A stretch of 62,915 nucleotides of DNA, filler included, from Candidatus Ancaeobacter aquaticus (GCA_030765405.1; 4 parts of 4 records of this genome joined end to end with filler, not necessarily neighbours in it), one strand, 5' to 3'; positions 38,255 to 49,707 are shown, numbered from the whole stretch's first letter. Numbers and translations are program-made. Notes: generated by a model from the letters alone, not told the origin.

Positions 38255-40867
38255 TTATTTCGGCTCTACCACTACAATAACGTAATCATCATTAACGAAA
38301 TATTCCTGTGCACTAGTTTTAATATTCTTTTCATTCACGTCTTGTATCTTATCATAATACGTCAGATAGTTGTCGTATCCCAGACCATAAATCTCGTCTA
38401 AAGCCGATAACAATGCAAGCTGAGAATTAGATTGCAATTGAATTTTACGGGAACCAATCAATCCATTCTTTATTCGTGTCAGCTCTTTATTCGTTACACC
38501 GTCTTTTTTTAAGAGATCAATTTCTTTTTGCATTAAAGAAATAACCTTATCAACCTTTTCCGGTATTGTCCCTACATAAAAGACAAATGCACCCGGATCA
38601 ATACCTAAAATAAGGAAAGAGCCCACTGCATAGGCAAGCCCTTCCTCTTCACGAACAGCAGAAAACAACCTTGAGCCTTGTCCCGAAAATGCCGCGTCAA
38701 GAACTTCTAATGGATATTTATCCTGATTATAAATATCGGGACCACGGAAACCCAAAAGCACAATTGCCTGTTTACCTTCTTTTATTTTCTTTTCCTTAAT
38801 AATTTTCCTTGGAAACTCTAACTTTGTGTTTTTGAAATGAAGATTCGTTTTCTTAAGCTCTCCAAAATGTTTGCGTACAGTATTTTCAATCTCCTGGGCA
38901 TTCACATCTCCAAACACCGAAAGAACCATGTTATCCGGAACAATATATTTTTCGTGAAACTTCTTTAACGCCTTGCGATCAATCATATCGACACTTTCCT
39001 TTGAGCCTATGGAAAGATATTGATAGGGATGCCCCTTAAACATGGTCTCTCTGAAAAGCTTTGAAGCCGCCTGAAATGGCTGGTCTTCTATAGCCTTTAT
39101 ATTTAAGAGTATCATTTCCTTTTCTCTCTCAATATCTTTCTGAGCAAAAAGAGGACTTACTAATACGTCCTTCAAAATATCAAAAGCTATATCTTTATTG
39201 TCTGATAAGATATCAATTGCAACTCCAAAACTATTACTCCCGGAATAACTTGATATACCCCCACCGGCAGATTCAATCGTTTCCGCAACCTCTTGGGCTG
39301 TACGATTCTTCGTACCCTTAAGCAACAACTGCGCGCACATATTGGAAATACCGTTATTATCGTCGTTTTCAACCAGTACTCCGCCCCGCATAATCGCCTT
39401 TATACTCACCGTTGGTAATGTACGGTCTTCTTTAATAAGCAGTATAAGCCCATTAGGCAATGTATATTTTTTTATCGCCGATACCTTTTTTGTTTTAACT
39501 GTTTTTTCTTTTGTTTCCTGTTTGAATTTTTGCGGAACAAGCGAGACAATACTACGGTTATCTTCAAGAAAATATTTTTGTGCAACACGCTTTATGTCTT
39601 CTTTGGTAACTTTCTGTATCTTCTGAACATAATCCTTAGAATAATGACAGTTTCCCGTGGCCACTTCGTTATAACCGATATCTGAAGCCTGCCCAGAAAC
39701 AGTTTCCATTGAGAAAAAGTACTCGCTAATTATGAGTTTTTTAACTTTTTCGAGCTCGTTCTTGCTGACATATTCATTTTTTATGGCATCAATCTGCTTT
39801 TGGATCTCATCGCCAACACGGACAATGTTTTTCGGATCGAATGTTGCCGTTACCGCAAAGACTCCGGGATAAATCGGAGTAAACGACCAGGAACTAATGG
39901 AACTCACAAGCGACAACTTTTCGCGTAATGTGCGGTACAAACGAGAGCTTCTTCCTTGTCCGAGAATCATTGAAAGTACATCAAGCGCATATTTGTCATT
40001 GTGCTTAAGATCAGTCGTATGATACCCGGAAAAATAGTATACTTTATTGATATCAGCAGTTTCAACGAGCGTCCTGTCTCCAAGTTGCTGCGGTTCTCGC
40101 GGAACGAACACAGGCTTATCTATGCCTCGCGGAAATTCTTTAAACAGTTCCTGTAAATACTTTTTGGTCTCTTTTTGAGCAAAATCTCCTGCGGCAACAA
40201 ACACAATATTATTGGGAACATAGCGCGTTTTATAATAATTAATGAGATCTTCCCTTGTAAGGGTCTTAAAAACACTTTCGTAGCCAATAATAGGATCTTT
40301 ATACGGATGAACCGTGAACATTGTATTAAAAAGCATTTTAAAAATTCTTCTTTGAGGATCGTCGTCATTCATATTTATCTCTTTAAGAATTACCGAACGC
40401 TCCTTTTCAACTTCGCGGGCGTCAAATTGCGAATGCATCAGCACGTCACTCAATATTTCACATGCATTGTGAAAATATCTACTATCGATGCTTACCGTGT
40501 AGACCGTATAATCAAACGAGGTGTGCGCATTGATTTCACCGCCATAAAACTGTATTTCCTTTGCAATATCACCAACTTTTCTTTTCTTTGTTCCTTTAAA
40601 AAGCATATGTTCAAGGAAATGAGATATACCGCCTCCTGCATATTTATCTTCTGTTACACTGCCAGTCTTTATCCATACCTCTATAGCTGAGACAGGGTTC
40701 TTGTGATCTTCCTTAAGAAGAAGCGTCATCCCGTTGTCTAATACATATCGGTTTGCTTTCTTACCTTCGCATATTTTTTCCATAACAGTCCCATCTTTAC
40801 CGATTCCCTGTTTACCTACCATTATAACAATACATAACACCATTAATTGAAGTATAATCTTTTTCAT
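38255..40867 (-). CDS. M16 (pitrilysin/PqqL-like) zinc peptidase
   Basis: Signal peptide; GISHFLEHM (HxxEH); two M16 halves. Confidence 0.93.
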   Translation of the reverse strand: MKKIILQLMVLCIVIMVGKQGIGKDGTVMEKICEGKKANRYVLDNGMTLLLKEDHKNPVSAIEVWIKTGSVTEDKYAGGGISHFLEHMLFKGTKKRKVGDIAKEIQFYGGEINAHTSFDYTVYTVSIDSRYFHNACEILSDVLMHSQFDAREVEKERSVILKEINMNDDDPQRRIFKMLFNTMFTVHPYKDPIIGYESVFKTLTREDLINYYKTRYVPNNIVFVAAGDFAQKETKKYLQELFKEFPRGIDKPVFVPREPQQLGDRTLVETADINKVYYFSGYHTTDLKHNDKYALDVLSMILGQGRSSRLYRTLREKLSLVSSISSWSFTPIYPGVFAVTATFDPKNIVRVGDEIQKQIDAIKNEYVSKNELEKVKKLIISEYFFSMETVSGQASDIGYNEVATGNCHYSKDYVQKIQKVTKEDIKRVAQKYFLEDNRSIVSLVPQKFKQETKEKTVKTKKVSAIKKYTLPNGLILLIKEDRTLPTVSIKAIMRGGVLVENDDNNGISNMCAQLLLKGTKNRTAQEVAETIESAGGGISSYSGSNSFGVAIDILSDNKDIAFDILKDVLVSPLFAQKDIEREKEMILLNIKAIEDQPFQAASKLFRETMFKGHPYQYLSIGSKESVDMIDRKALKKFHEKYIVPDNMVLSVFGDVNAQEIENTVRKHFGELKKTNLHFKNTKLEFPRKIIKEKKIKEGKQAIVLLGFRGPDIYNQDKYPLEVLDAAFSGQGSRLFSAVREEEGLAYAVGSFLILGIDPGAFVFYVGTIPEKVDKVISLMQKEIDLLKKDGVTNKELTRIKNGLIGSRKIQLQSNSQLALLSALDEIYGLGYDNYLTYYDKIQDVNEKNIKTSAQEYFVNDDYVIVVVEPK

Positions 40868-41274
40868 GCGATCTCATCTCTTATTTTTTTTGCATATACA
40901 TCTATTTCATCCGCTTGATATATCTCATGGTCCCATCCTATCCGTAAACCATCTCGCTCACTGCGCGGTATAATGTGAAAATGAAGATGGTTAACAATCT
41001 GCCCTGATACACTCCCGTTATATTGCAATATATTCAGTCCTTCAGCATGTACTCCCTTAAAAACAGCTCGAGCGCATGTTTGAACACATTGCATAAGGAG
41101 AGAAAGGTCTTCTTTGGAAATATCGAGTATAGTCTCGCAGTGTTTCTTTGGAATAACCAACACGTGCCCCTTTTTTGCCGGCATAATATCCATAAAAGCT
41201 ACCACGTGAGCATCTTCATAGATTTTTACTGAGGGCACTTCACCATTTACAATTTTACAAAATATACAGTCCAT
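40864..41274 (-). CDS. HIT family hydrolase
   Basis: CIFCKI, GHVLVIPK and GQIVNHLHFHIIPR motifs. Confidence 0.94.
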   Translation of the reverse strand: MDCIFCKIVNGEVPSVKIYEDAHVVAFMDIMPAKKGHVLVIPKKHCETILDISKEDLSLLMQCVQTCARAVFKGVHAEGLNILQYNGSVSGQIVNHLHFHIIPRSERDGLRIGWDHEIYQADEIDVYAKKIRDEIA

Positions 41275-41322
41275 ACACCACCTCGCTTCTTATACAATAC
41301 TACCATAATTGCCCTAAAAAAC

Positions 41323-41352
41323 AAACCGAGCATTTATACAAACGCTCGGTTT
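41323..41352 (-). terminator. intrinsic terminator after rplQ
   Basis: AAACCGAGC/GCTCGGTTT stem followed by a T-rich tract on the minus strand. Confidence 0.7.
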
Positions 41353-41387
41353 TATTATATCGAAGACACCATATATATTATATATTC

Positions 41388-41873
41388 TTATTTTTTTGCT
41401 GCAGGCGCCTCTTTCTTATCATCCTTACCTTTAGTTGTTTTTGTTTCATCCTGCTTTTTCTTAAAATCTTTTATCTTATCTTTTATTGTTTTTGTTTCTT
41501 CCTTCACATCTTTGGTGATTTTCTCAACCAATTCAAGCACAGCCTGAGGAGAACCGTCACCTACTCGATAGCCAGCTCTCAGAACACGTGTGTACCCACC
41601 GTTGCGTTTCTCGTTCCGTTCTCTGATTTCAGAGAATAGCTTCTTTACTGTTTTATCGCACCGAATAAAACTTTTTGCATCTCTCCTGCTTGCCAGCGTA
41701 TTCTTCTTTGCAAGTGTAATCATTTTTTCCGCTGCACGCCCAGCTTCACGGGCACGCCTAACTGTTGTACGTATCTTACCTGTTTCGAACAATGATCTGA
41801 TCATGTTCGATATCATTGCTTTTCTATGTGAAGATGTCATATTAAGCTTCACAGTAGCTTTACGATGTCTCAT
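41388..41873 (-). CDS. rplQ: 50S ribosomal protein L17
   Basis: MRHRK...HRKAM...IRTT...RNGGYTR; Lys-rich C-terminal tail. Confidence 0.97.
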   Translation of the reverse strand: MRHRKATVKLNMTSSHRKAMISNMIRSLFETGKIRTTVRRAREAGRAAEKMITLAKKNTLASRRDAKSFIRCDKTVKKLFSEIRERNEKRNGGYTRVLRAGYRVGDGSPQAVLELVEKITKDVKEETKTIKDKIKDFKKKQDETKTTKGKDDKKEAPAAKK

Positions 41874-41886
41874 GCTTGTCCCTCAC

Positions 41887-42885
41887 TTATTCTTCAGTTT
41901 TATTTGTTTCTTTTTCAGGAATCGCCATCCCAAGGGTAATACCCATGGTTGACAAAATCGCTTTTATCTCATTAAGCGATTTTTTACCAAAATTTCGGTA
42001 TTTGAGCATTTCGTTTTCATTTCTGCATGCAAGATCACGTATTGTTTTCATCCCGGCATTATTAATGCAGTTTGCTGACCTTACTGACAACTCTATCTCG
42101 CTAATAGGAGTGTTGAGTAATCTCTCTAGCTCAGCTTCAGGACTGTGATCTTCTTCAACTGCCTTTTCAAACTCAACGTAGTTTTCATTGTAATCAACAA
42201 ATACATCGAGATGTTTTCTTAGAATCGCTGATGATTGTTTCAAAGCTTCTTCAGGAGTAATTCTTCCATCAGTGGTAATTTCAACGATAAGCTTATCATA
42301 ATCAGTCATTTGTCCAACACGGGTATTCTCCACAAAATATTTTACGTTCCGTACCGGAGTAAATATTGAATCAATGGGAATAACGCCAATAGTTTGAGTA
42401 TCTTTTTTATTTTGTTCTGCCGGCACATATCCTCTGCCAATATTTACTTCTAGCTCCATTTTGAAATGGACTTTCTTGTCGCACGTGCAAATAAATTGAT
42501 CTGGATTAACAATTTCCACTTCACTATCAGCTTTAATATCAGCTGCGGTTATTTTGCCCTCTTTGTTAACATCAATAAGCAATGTTTTTGATTTATTGCC
42601 ATGAAGCTTAATCAGAACATGCTTAAGATTAAGTATTATTTCTATTACATCCTCGACAATTCCCGGCAGTGAGGCATATTCGTGCATGCATCCATCTATC
42701 TTTATTGATGTTATTGCCGCTCCTTCTAAGCTGGATAGTAAAACTCTTCGTAATGAATTACCAATTGTGTATCCGTAACCACCTTCAAAAGGTTCAGCAA
42801 CAAAACGACCAAATGTTTCTGTTACAGTATCGTCATCTCTCATTAACCGCTTTGGCATTTCAAAGCGTCTCAGTTTAACTGACAT
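41887..42885 (-). CDS. rpoA: RNA polymerase alpha subunit
   Basis: EPFEGGYGYTIGNSLRRVLLSSL, IDSIFTPV and LSVRSANC motifs. Confidence 0.98.
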   Translation of the reverse strand: MSVKLRRFEMPKRLMRDDDTVTETFGRFVAEPFEGGYGYTIGNSLRRVLLSSLEGAAITSIKIDGCMHEYASLPGIVEDVIEIILNLKHVLIKLHGNKSKTLLIDVNKEGKITAADIKADSEVEIVNPDQFICTCDKKVHFKMELEVNIGRGYVPAEQNKKDTQTIGVIPIDSIFTPVRNVKYFVENTRVGQMTDYDKLIVEITTDGRITPEEALKQSSAILRKHLDVFVDYNENYVEFEKAVEEDHSPEAELERLLNTPISEIELSVRSANCINNAGMKTIRDLACRNENEMLKYRNFGKKSLNEIKAILSTMGITLGMAIPEKETNKTEE

Positions 42886-42930
42886 ATCCTTCCCTCCCTA
42901 GTAACTCCGCCATGCGGAATAATTGCACTA

Positions 42931-43560
42931 TTATACTTTTGAATACAACTCGATAACGAGCTGTTCATTAATAGGTATTTTAATATCTTCTCTTTTTGGA
43001 ATACTGAGCACTTCGCCGCTAAAAGCATCTTTGTTTACTTTAAGCCATTGTGGTAATTCACGTGAAGCTGATGCCGCCATATTTTCTTGTATACGCTTTT
43101 TAGTTTTTTCAGAATCCTTCACTTCGATCACATCGCCAACCTTAATGATTGCGGAAGGAATACTGATTCTCTTTTTATTTACCAGTATGTGGCCGTGTCG
43201 TATCAGCTGACGGGCTTGTTGACGCGCAGAAGCAAACCCCATGCTAAAAACAACACTATCCAATCGAGTTTCTAAAAGCTCAAGCAATTTTTCACCGGTA
43301 ACACCTTTTAAGCGCTGGGCTTTATCAAAATATAATTTAAACTGCTTTTCAAGCACACCATACATTCTTTTCAGTTTTTGTTTTTCTCTTAACTGTACTC
43401 CGTATGATGATAGTTTGGAACGCTGTTGACCGTGCTGTCCTGGAGCATAATTTCTTAACTCCACTCCACATTTTGCGGTATGACATCTTGTTCCTTTGAG
43501 GAAAAGTTTCATTCCCTCTCGTCTACATAATTTGCATTTTGGGCCAGTATATCTTGCCAT
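42931..43560 (-). CDS. rpsD: 30S ribosomal protein S4
   Basis: MARYTGP.C..CRREG, LREKQK and LETRLD motifs. Confidence 0.98.
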   Translation of the reverse strand: MARYTGPKCKLCRREGMKLFLKGTRCHTAKCGVELRNYAPGQHGQQRSKLSSYGVQLREKQKLKRMYGVLEKQFKLYFDKAQRLKGVTGEKLLELLETRLDSVVFSMGFASARQQARQLIRHGHILVNKKRISIPSAIIKVGDVIEVKDSEKTKKRIQENMAASASRELPQWLKVNKDAFSGEVLSIPKREDIKIPINEQLVIELYSKV

Positions 43561-43641
43561 GCCTCTTATTAACTCCTTTCCTGACTACTTTTTTTCATTT
43601 TCTTCTTAAACCATTTTATGAAAATGATGTAACATACGTCG

Positions 43642-44043
43642 TTATACTCTTCTACGTTTCGGAGGCCTGCAGCCATTATGCGGTATAGGAGTAGTATCTT
43701 TAATTAGCGTTATGCCTAACCCTATTCCTTGCAGTGCCCTAATAGCAGACTCACGACCTGCTCCAGGTCCACTGACGCATATTTCAACACTTTTCATGCC
43801 ACAATCAACCGCTTGTTTCCCTGCGTCCGAAGCGACAACTGTTGCGGCATATGCTGTCGACTTTCTCGCACCGCTAAAACCAGATCTTCCCGCACTTGAC
43901 CATGAAACTACGTTACCCTTCATATCGGTTATGGAAACGATCGTGTTGTTGAACGAAGCTTGTATATGGGCAATACCCGCCGGTACATTTTTCGTTACTT
44001 TTCTTCTCGTTCTTATTCCTTTTTTTATGCTTTTTTTTGCCAC
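43642..44043 (-). CDS. rpsK: 30S ribosomal protein S11
   Basis: [16 protein letters not shown] and [16 protein letters not shown] motifs. Confidence 0.98.
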   Translation of the reverse strand: MAKKSIKKGIRTRRKVTKNVPAGIAHIQASFNNTIVSITDMKGNVVSWSSAGRSGFSGARKSTAYAATVVASDAGKQAVDCGMKSVEICVSGPGAGRESAIRALQGIGLGITLIKDTTPIPHNGCRPPKRRRV

Positions 44044-44079
44044 GGTACCCCCCTACAGCTCTTTTTTATTATATTCAAT

Positions 44080-44460
44080 CTATTTTGTCACTTTCTTGCG
44101 CATACCACCAACAACCTGTCGAGGCCCTTTACGCGTTCTCGCATTGGTGTGTGATCTCTGTCCACGACACGGAAGATTCTTCCTATGACGTGATCCCCGA
44201 TAACTACCAATCGAAATAAGTCTTTTTATGTTTTGGGCAATATCTCTTCTGACATCACCTTCAACAGCACAAATCTGAGGTATTATATCAGCTAATTTAT
44301 GGACTTCTTCGTCAGTTAATTCTTTTGCTCTTCTCTGACCATCTATTTGGGCAGTTGTCAGAATCCGCTTTGCAAGCGTTCTTCCAATCCCATAAATATA
44401 GGTTAATGAAATATCAATTCTTTTTTCTTTTGGTATATCAACCCCTAATATTCGCGGCAC
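44080..44460 (-). CDS. rpsM: 30S ribosomal protein S13
   Basis: [13 protein letters not shown] and [16 protein letters not shown] motifs. Confidence 0.98.
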   Translation of the reverse strand: MPRILGVDIPKEKRIDISLTYIYGIGRTLAKRILTTAQIDGQRRAKELTDEEVHKLADIIPQICAVEGDVRRDIAQNIKRLISIGSYRGSRHRKNLPCRGQRSHTNARTRKGPRQVVGGMRKKVTK

Positions 44461-44538
44461 TATAACCTCCCTTAATCTCCATTTGTGGTGTTCTTATAAT
44501 GGTTTTTACGTATCGCTCAAACCACTTATTTGTACAAA

Positions 44539-44652
44539 TTATCCCTGTCTTTGTTTGTGTCTAGGGTTCGTACAATTAACTCTTACCACACCTTTTCTTT
44601 TAATTATTTTACACCGTTCACAAACTTTTTTTACTGAAGCGCTTACTTTCAT
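44539..44652 (-). CDS. rpmJ: 50S ribosomal protein L36 (absent from ORF track)
   Basis: [37 protein letters not shown]. Confidence 0.97.
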   Translation of the reverse strand: MKVSASVKKVCERCKIIKRKGVVRVNCTNPRHKQRQG

Positions 44653-44661
44653 TTTGTTATC

Positions 44662-44880
44662 CTATTTCTCTCTGTATACAATTCTTCCCTTTGTTAGATC
44701 GTATGGAGACATTTCTACAAGTACTTTGTCTCCCGGAAGAATTCTTATATAATGCATTCTCATTTTACCTGAGATATGTGCAAGAATCTTATGCCCATTC
44801 TCCAGCTCAACACGAAACATCGCATTGGGCAGCAGTTCTAATACTACACCTTCTACTTTTATTGGTTCTTCTTTAGACAT
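44662..44880 (-). CDS. infA: translation initiation factor IF-1
   Basis: MSKEEPI...[10 protein letters not shown]...[16 protein letters not shown]; start reassigned to 44880. Confidence 0.97.
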   Translation of the reverse strand: MSKEEPIKVEGVVLELLPNAMFRVELENGHKILAHISGKMRMHYIRILPGDKVLVEMSPYDLTKGRIVYREK

Positions 44881-45617
44881 GTTAATATTTCCGGTCCATT
44901 TTCTGTTATTGCTATTGTATCCTCGTAATGTGCTGACGGCAACCCATCCTGAGTAACAACTGTCCATCCGTCATTCAACACCACTACGTCACTTGTTCCC
45001 ATATTAACCATTGGCTCTATTGCTATCACCATTCCTGCTTTTAACTTCGGTCCTGTATGTGGAACACCATAATTAGGCACCTGCGGTTCTTCATGCATAC
45101 TCGTTCCTATCCCATGCCCTACAAACGATTTTACTACTGAATACCCCTTATCGTTCGCATATTTTTCGATCACATGAGAAATATCGTGCAGTCGATTTCC
45201 CGGCACCGCTTGCTTTATACATTCCCTTAATGCTATTCGAGCAGTGTTTATCAGATCCATCTTCTTTTTAGATATTGTTCCTACGGGATAACTGCGTGCC
45301 ATATCTCCGTAATAACCATCTTTAAAGACTCCGACATCTATACTGACAATATCACCTTCATTGATAATTTTCTCGCCGGGTATTCCATGAACTACTTCCT
45401 CGTTAATGGATACACAAATACTCCCAGGATACCCTCTATACCCTTTGAACGATGGCGTAACATCTTTTTGCGCCATAACAGCTAATGCTTCTTTCTCAAG
45501 CATTGTTGTTGTCATCCCCGGAGATATCTTCTTTTCAAGGCAATCAAGTATTCCAGCGGTTATTTCTCCACACCGCCGTAATTTATCGATTTCCTTTTTA
45601 GACCTGAGTATTATCAT
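44859..45617 (-). CDS. map: methionine aminopeptidase type I
   Basis: [28 protein letters not shown] and SAHYED motifs. Confidence 0.97.
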   Translation of the reverse strand: MIILRSKKEIDKLRRCGEITAGILDCLEKKISPGMTTTMLEKEALAVMAQKDVTPSFKGYRGYPGSICVSINEEVVHGIPGEKIINEGDIVSIDVGVFKDGYYGDMARSYPVGTISKKKMDLINTARIALRECIKQAVPGNRLHDISHVIEKYANDKGYSVVKSFVGHGIGTSMHEEPQVPNYGVPHTGPKLKAGMVIAIEPMVNMGTSDVVVLNDGWTVVTQDGLPSAHYEDTIAITENGPEILTCLKKNQ

Positions 45618-45662
45618 TTATTATAATCAAAGAACGTTCTATTTGTGTCTCTTAATAATTTA

Positions 45663-46316
45663 TTATTTTCCCGAACTGCTCATTAATGCCGTAATCTCAC
45701 CGTAGGCTGCATCTCTTTCAAGGTTCCCATTAACATCTTTTAAAAGACCCTTTGAGTCATAGTATTCTATTAACTCTGCTGTTTGTGAGTCATAAACATT
45801 CAGTCGGTTTAAAATCGTCTCTTCGTTATCATCAGAGCGTTGATACAACTCGCCGCCACATTTATCACAAACGCCCTCTTCTTTAGATGGCATAGTAAAA
45901 ATATTATATGTTGCGCCGCATTCTCTGCAAATTCTTCTTCCGCTCAATCTCCGAATTATTGTTGCACTCGATGTTTTTAGATTAATCACCATATCAAGCG
46001 ATGCATTAAGCCCGACAAGTGTCTCATCAAGCTTTTGAGCTTGTAATAAATTTCTTGGAAATCCATCAAACAAAAATCCTTTTTGACAGTCATCCTGAGA
46101 TAATCTCTCAGAAATAATTGAAAGAATAACCTCATCAGGAACTAACTCGCCCTTATCCATAAAGCTCTTCGCTTTAAGACCGATTTCCGTACCATTCTTA
46201 AGCGCTTGCCGTAATATATCACCCGTAGAAATATGCGGTATATCAAGGTCTCTTGACAATACACCAGCATGCGTACCTTTTCCAGCTCCCGGAGGTCCTA
46301 ACAGTATAATACGCAT
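45663..46316 (-). CDS. adk: adenylate kinase
   Basis: GPPGAGKGT, ISTGD and DGFPR motifs; Cys-type LID. Confidence 0.97.
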   Translation of the reverse strand: MRIILLGPPGAGKGTHAGVLSRDLDIPHISTGDILRQALKNGTEIGLKAKSFMDKGELVPDEVILSIISERLSQDDCQKGFLFDGFPRNLLQAQKLDETLVGLNASLDMVINLKTSSATIIRRLSGRRICRECGATYNIFTMPSKEEGVCDKCGGELYQRSDDNEETILNRLNVYDSQTAELIEYYDSKGLLKDVNGNLERDAAYGEITALMSSSGK

Positions 46317-46318
46317 AA

Positions 46319-47662
46319 TTAATATCTACCCCTCATTTTCCCTTTTTTCATAAATCCATCGTAATGACGGGTAAGAAGATGGCTTTCTATCTGTCTCATC
46401 GTATCAAGCAACACACCAACTATAATGAGAAGTCCTGTACCGCCAAAAAAACTTGCTACAAGATACGGTATTTTTAACCACCCACTAATTATGCTAGGCA
46501 ATATCGCAATAACTGCGAGAAATAGTGCTCCGGAAAGTGTAATTCTTGTCATAATGCTGTCAAACATATCTGCCGTTGCTTTGCCTGGCCGTACACCAGG
46601 AACAAAAGCACCATTCTTTTTCATATCATCAGCCCACTGTATAGGATTGAACTGTGTGGCTGTCCAGAAATAGCAAAAGAAAATGATCAGAAGAACATAA
46701 CACATTGAATATAAAAAAGAACCGGGTGAAAGCCACATACTAAATGTTCTGAGTATCGGCGTATTAATAAAACTTCCTATTGTTGCAGGAAAAAGCAATA
46801 TTGAAGATGCAAATATGATCGGTATAACACCACCATAATTTACCTTAAGCGGTATATATGTACTCTGACCGCCGTATACTTTTCGTCCAACAACACGTTT
46901 TGCATACTGAACAGGAACTTTTCGCTGCCCCTGTGTAAGAAGTATTACCGCAAAAACGACACCTAAAAACATGGCTACCATTAACACTAAAAGAAGCGGA
47001 TTTCTTCCTCCGCCTTCAACACCTGGTTTCATTAAGTTGTATGTCATTCCTACCGCGCTCGGCAAACGTGAAATAATACCTACGGTAATAAGGATTGATA
47101 TTCCGTTGCCTATACCCCGTTCTGTTATTTGCTCGCCAATCCACATGAGAAACACTGTTCCCGAAGTAAGTGTGAGCATGGTTAAAATCCTGAACGCCCA
47201 TCCTGGATCGGGAACAATTATCCTACCATTGAAGGCAGCCGGGTTTTCCAACCAAAGCGCAATAAAAAATGCCTGAAATAACGCCAATACCACCGTACCG
47301 TAACGCGTGTACTGTGTAAGCTTTCTTCTTCCCGATTCACCTTCTCTAACCATTCTTTCAAGAAAAGGAATAACGGCAGTCAAAAGCTGTAATACAATCG
47401 ATGCACTAATATACGGCATGATACCAAGCGCAAAAATAGTACAATTGTTTAATGCACCACCACTAAACAAATTCATCATGCCAAAGAGCGTTGCACCGCT
47501 TCTGCTGGCCATATCTTCAAAAAACTGGTTTAGTTGAAATCCATCAACTCCAGCAGTCGGAATATATGCACCAATTCTTACGACGATCAATAACCCCGCA
47601 GTAAAAAGCACTTTCTTCCGTAAATCCGGTATTTTAAATATATTTCTAAACGCTGCTAACAT
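46319..47662 (-). CDS. secY: preprotein translocase SecY
   Basis: FALGIMPYISASI, GIGNGIS, PLKVN..GVIPIIFAS and GGTGLLIIVGV motifs. Confidence 0.98.
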   Translation of the reverse strand: MLAAFRNIFKIPDLRKKVLFTAGLLIVVRIGAYIPTAGVDGFQLNQFFEDMASRSGATLFGMMNLFSGGALNNCTIFALGIMPYISASIVLQLLTAVIPFLERMVREGESGRRKLTQYTRYGTVVLALFQAFFIALWLENPAAFNGRIIVPDPGWAFRILTMLTLTSGTVFLMWIGEQITERGIGNGISILITVGIISRLPSAVGMTYNLMKPGVEGGGRNPLLLVLMVAMFLGVVFAVILLTQGQRKVPVQYAKRVVGRKVYGGQSTYIPLKVNYGGVIPIIFASSILLFPATIGSFINTPILRTFSMWLSPGSFLYSMCYVLLIIFFCYFWTATQFNPIQWADDMKKNGAFVPGVRPGKATADMFDSIMTRITLSGALFLAVIAILPSIISGWLKIPYLVASFFGGTGLLIIVGVLLDTMRQIESHLLTRHYDGFMKKGKMRGRY

Positions 47663-47736
47663 AATTGTTTCCGTATACTCTATGAGTAACGCTTACACAC
47701 AAGATGTATACCCGTAATAACGAGCATACCGTCTTC

Positions 47737-48207
47737 TTATGCGGAAGCTTTTTCTGTTTTTGAATGGACATCAACGCATTTTCCGCCGCATTCTTCAATT
47801 TTTTTCTTAGCCACTGCGCTAAAACAATCAGCTATAACGGTAACCTTTTTCTTAACGTCACCATTACCAAGCACTTTAACACCGTGCTTAACATTTTTAA
47901 TCATTTTCTTCTCTTTTAATACTTCAACAGACACCGTATCTCCGTCACTAAATGAATTTAAATCGGCTACATTAATTATTGTATAGTATTTCTTGAACGG
48001 ATTACGGAATCCTCTTTTAGGAAGCCGTCTGTGAAGAGGCATCTGTCCGCCTTCAAACCCTGGTCGTGAACTAGCACCTGAACGTGATTTCTGTCCCTTA
48101 TGCCCTCTTGTTGAAGTCTTCCCATGACCTGATCCAGGACCTCTACCAATCTTTTTCTTGGCTTTTCTGGCACCACGTGTATTTTTTAAATTCCACAACT
48201 CAATCAT
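47737..48207 (-). CDS. rplO: 50S ribosomal protein L15
   Basis: GRGPGSGHGKTSTRGHKGQ and FEGGQMPL.RRLPKRGF motifs. Confidence 0.97.
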   Translation of the reverse strand: MIELWNLKNTRGARKAKKKIGRGPGSGHGKTSTRGHKGQKSRSGASSRPGFEGGQMPLHRRLPKRGFRNPFKKYYTIINVADLNSFSDGDTVSVEVLKEKKMIKNVKHGVKVLGNGDVKKKVTVIADCFSAVAKKKIEECGGKCVDVHSKTEKASA

Positions 48208-48228
48208 TATTCACCCTTCTATTTCCTG

Positions 48229-48732
48229 TTATTCTTTTTCAATCACTAATCCGCGTTCTTCTTCAACGATTTCTTTTGTGGTAAGACTTTCCAGGCCCTG
48301 CATAGTCGCTTTTACCACATTCATTGCATTATTTGAACGTAATGATTTTGTAAGCACGTCTCTAATACCCGCTGCTTCCAATACCGCTCTTACTCCACCG
48401 CCCGCAATAACACCTGTTCCCGGGGCTGCAGGCTTCAAGAGCACACGACTTGCCGCATATTTTCCGGTTATTTCATGAGGAATGGTCTGACCTTTCATGC
48501 TTACGCCAATGAATGATTTCTTTGCAGAGTCAATCGCTTTACGTATTGCAGATGAAACATCATTCGCTTTACCAAAACCGTACCCAACATGAGCAGCACC
48601 GTCGCCAACAACAACAAGAGCGCTAAAGCTAAAGCGTCTACCACCTTTAACCACCTTCGCGCATCTGTTTATTTTTACGACTTTTTCAATCAGATCGCTC
48701 TTTTCTACTTTGTTCTCACGGTAACCTGCCAA
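48229..48732 (-). CDS. rpsE: 30S ribosomal protein S5
   Basis: [14 protein letters not shown] and [12 protein letters not shown] motifs. Confidence 0.98.
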   Translation of the reverse strand: MAGYRENKVEKSDLIEKVVKINRCAKVVKGGRRFSFSALVVVGDGAAHVGYGFGKANDVSSAIRKAIDSAKKSFIGVSMKGQTIPHEITGKYAASRVLLKPAAPGTGVIAGGGVRAVLEAAGIRDVLTKSLRSNNAMNVVKATMQGLESLTTKEIVEEERGLVIEKE

Positions 48733-48795
48733 CTTATTCCTCCTCTTTTTACTTCCTCTTAACTTATTCTATTTGTAATAGAATGTATTGTTGTC

Positions 48796-49158
48796 CTAAA
48801 ACTTCAATCCCGCTTCACGCGCCGCATCTGCAAGCGCTTTTATTCGTCCGTGATACCTATATCCTGCTTTATCAAACACCACGGTTACCACTTTCTTTTC
48901 TTGTGCGGCAAGCGCAACTTTTTTTCCTAATTCTTTTGCACAATTAATATTAGATTTTGATTTTTTATCTTTACCAAAAGAAGCATCTACCGTAGATATC
49001 GCAGCAATGGTTACTCCTTTTTCATCATCAATAATTTGCGCATACATATTCTTCAAACCGCGGTGCACGCACAACCTTGGTCTTTCAGCTGTACCGCTCA
49101 CTTTTTGTCTGGTTCTCAAATGCCTTCTTTTTCTTAATTCTCCACGTGTTTTTTTCAT
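48796..49158 (-). CDS. rplR: 50S ribosomal protein L18
   Basis: RPRL, YAQIIDD and FDKAGYRYHGRIKALA motifs. Confidence 0.97.
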   Translation of the reverse strand: MKKTRGELRKRRHLRTRQKVSGTAERPRLCVHRGLKNMYAQIIDDEKGVTIAAISTVDASFGKDKKSKSNINCAKELGKKVALAAQEKKVVTVVFDKAGYRYHGRIKALADAAREAGLKF

Positions 49159-49170
49159 ATTTTTATTCCT

Positions 49171-49707
49171 TTATCCGACTGTCTTACCGGCTTTACGCCG
49201 TACATGTTCATCTGAATAGCGAATACCTTTACCTTTATATGGTTCTGGCGGTAAAAATCTTCTAATCTCACTTGCAACTTCACCGACAAGCTCTTTATCA
49301 ATGCCGTATACATCTAGCTTAACATTCTTTTCAACGTCAATTTTAACGCCTTCGGGGATGGTATATTTTACCGGATGCGAAAATCCAAGACTTAATTCAA
49401 GTATGTTCTTGTCAACCTTTGCTCTATATCCTACTCCGACAATCTCAAGCGTTTTCTTAAATCCTTGCGTAACGCCAAACACCATATTATAGATAAGGCT
49501 TCGCGTTAATCCGTGGAGCGCTTTATCTGTTGGAATATCGCTCGCGCGGGAAACTTCAATCTTGCTGTCTTCTAGTTTTACAGAAACATTATTATGAAAT
49601 GTACGCTCTAGTTTTCCTTTTGGGCCACTTATCTTAACTACGTGGCCTTCTACCTTTACCTCAACACCCTGAGGAACATCAACTGGAATTTTACCTATTC
49701 TAGACAT
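49171..49707 (-). CDS. rplF: 50S ribosomal protein L6
   Basis: MSRIGK, GVGYRA and PEPYKGKGIRY motifs. Confidence 0.98.
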   Translation of the reverse strand: MSRIGKIPVDVPQGVEVKVEGHVVKISGPKGKLERTFHNNVSVKLEDSKIEVSRASDIPTDKALHGLTRSLIYNMVFGVTQGFKKTLEIVGVGYRAKVDKNILELSLGFSHPVKYTIPEGVKIDVEKNVKLDVYGIDKELVGEVASEIRRFLPPEPYKGKGIRYSDEHVRRKAGKTVG

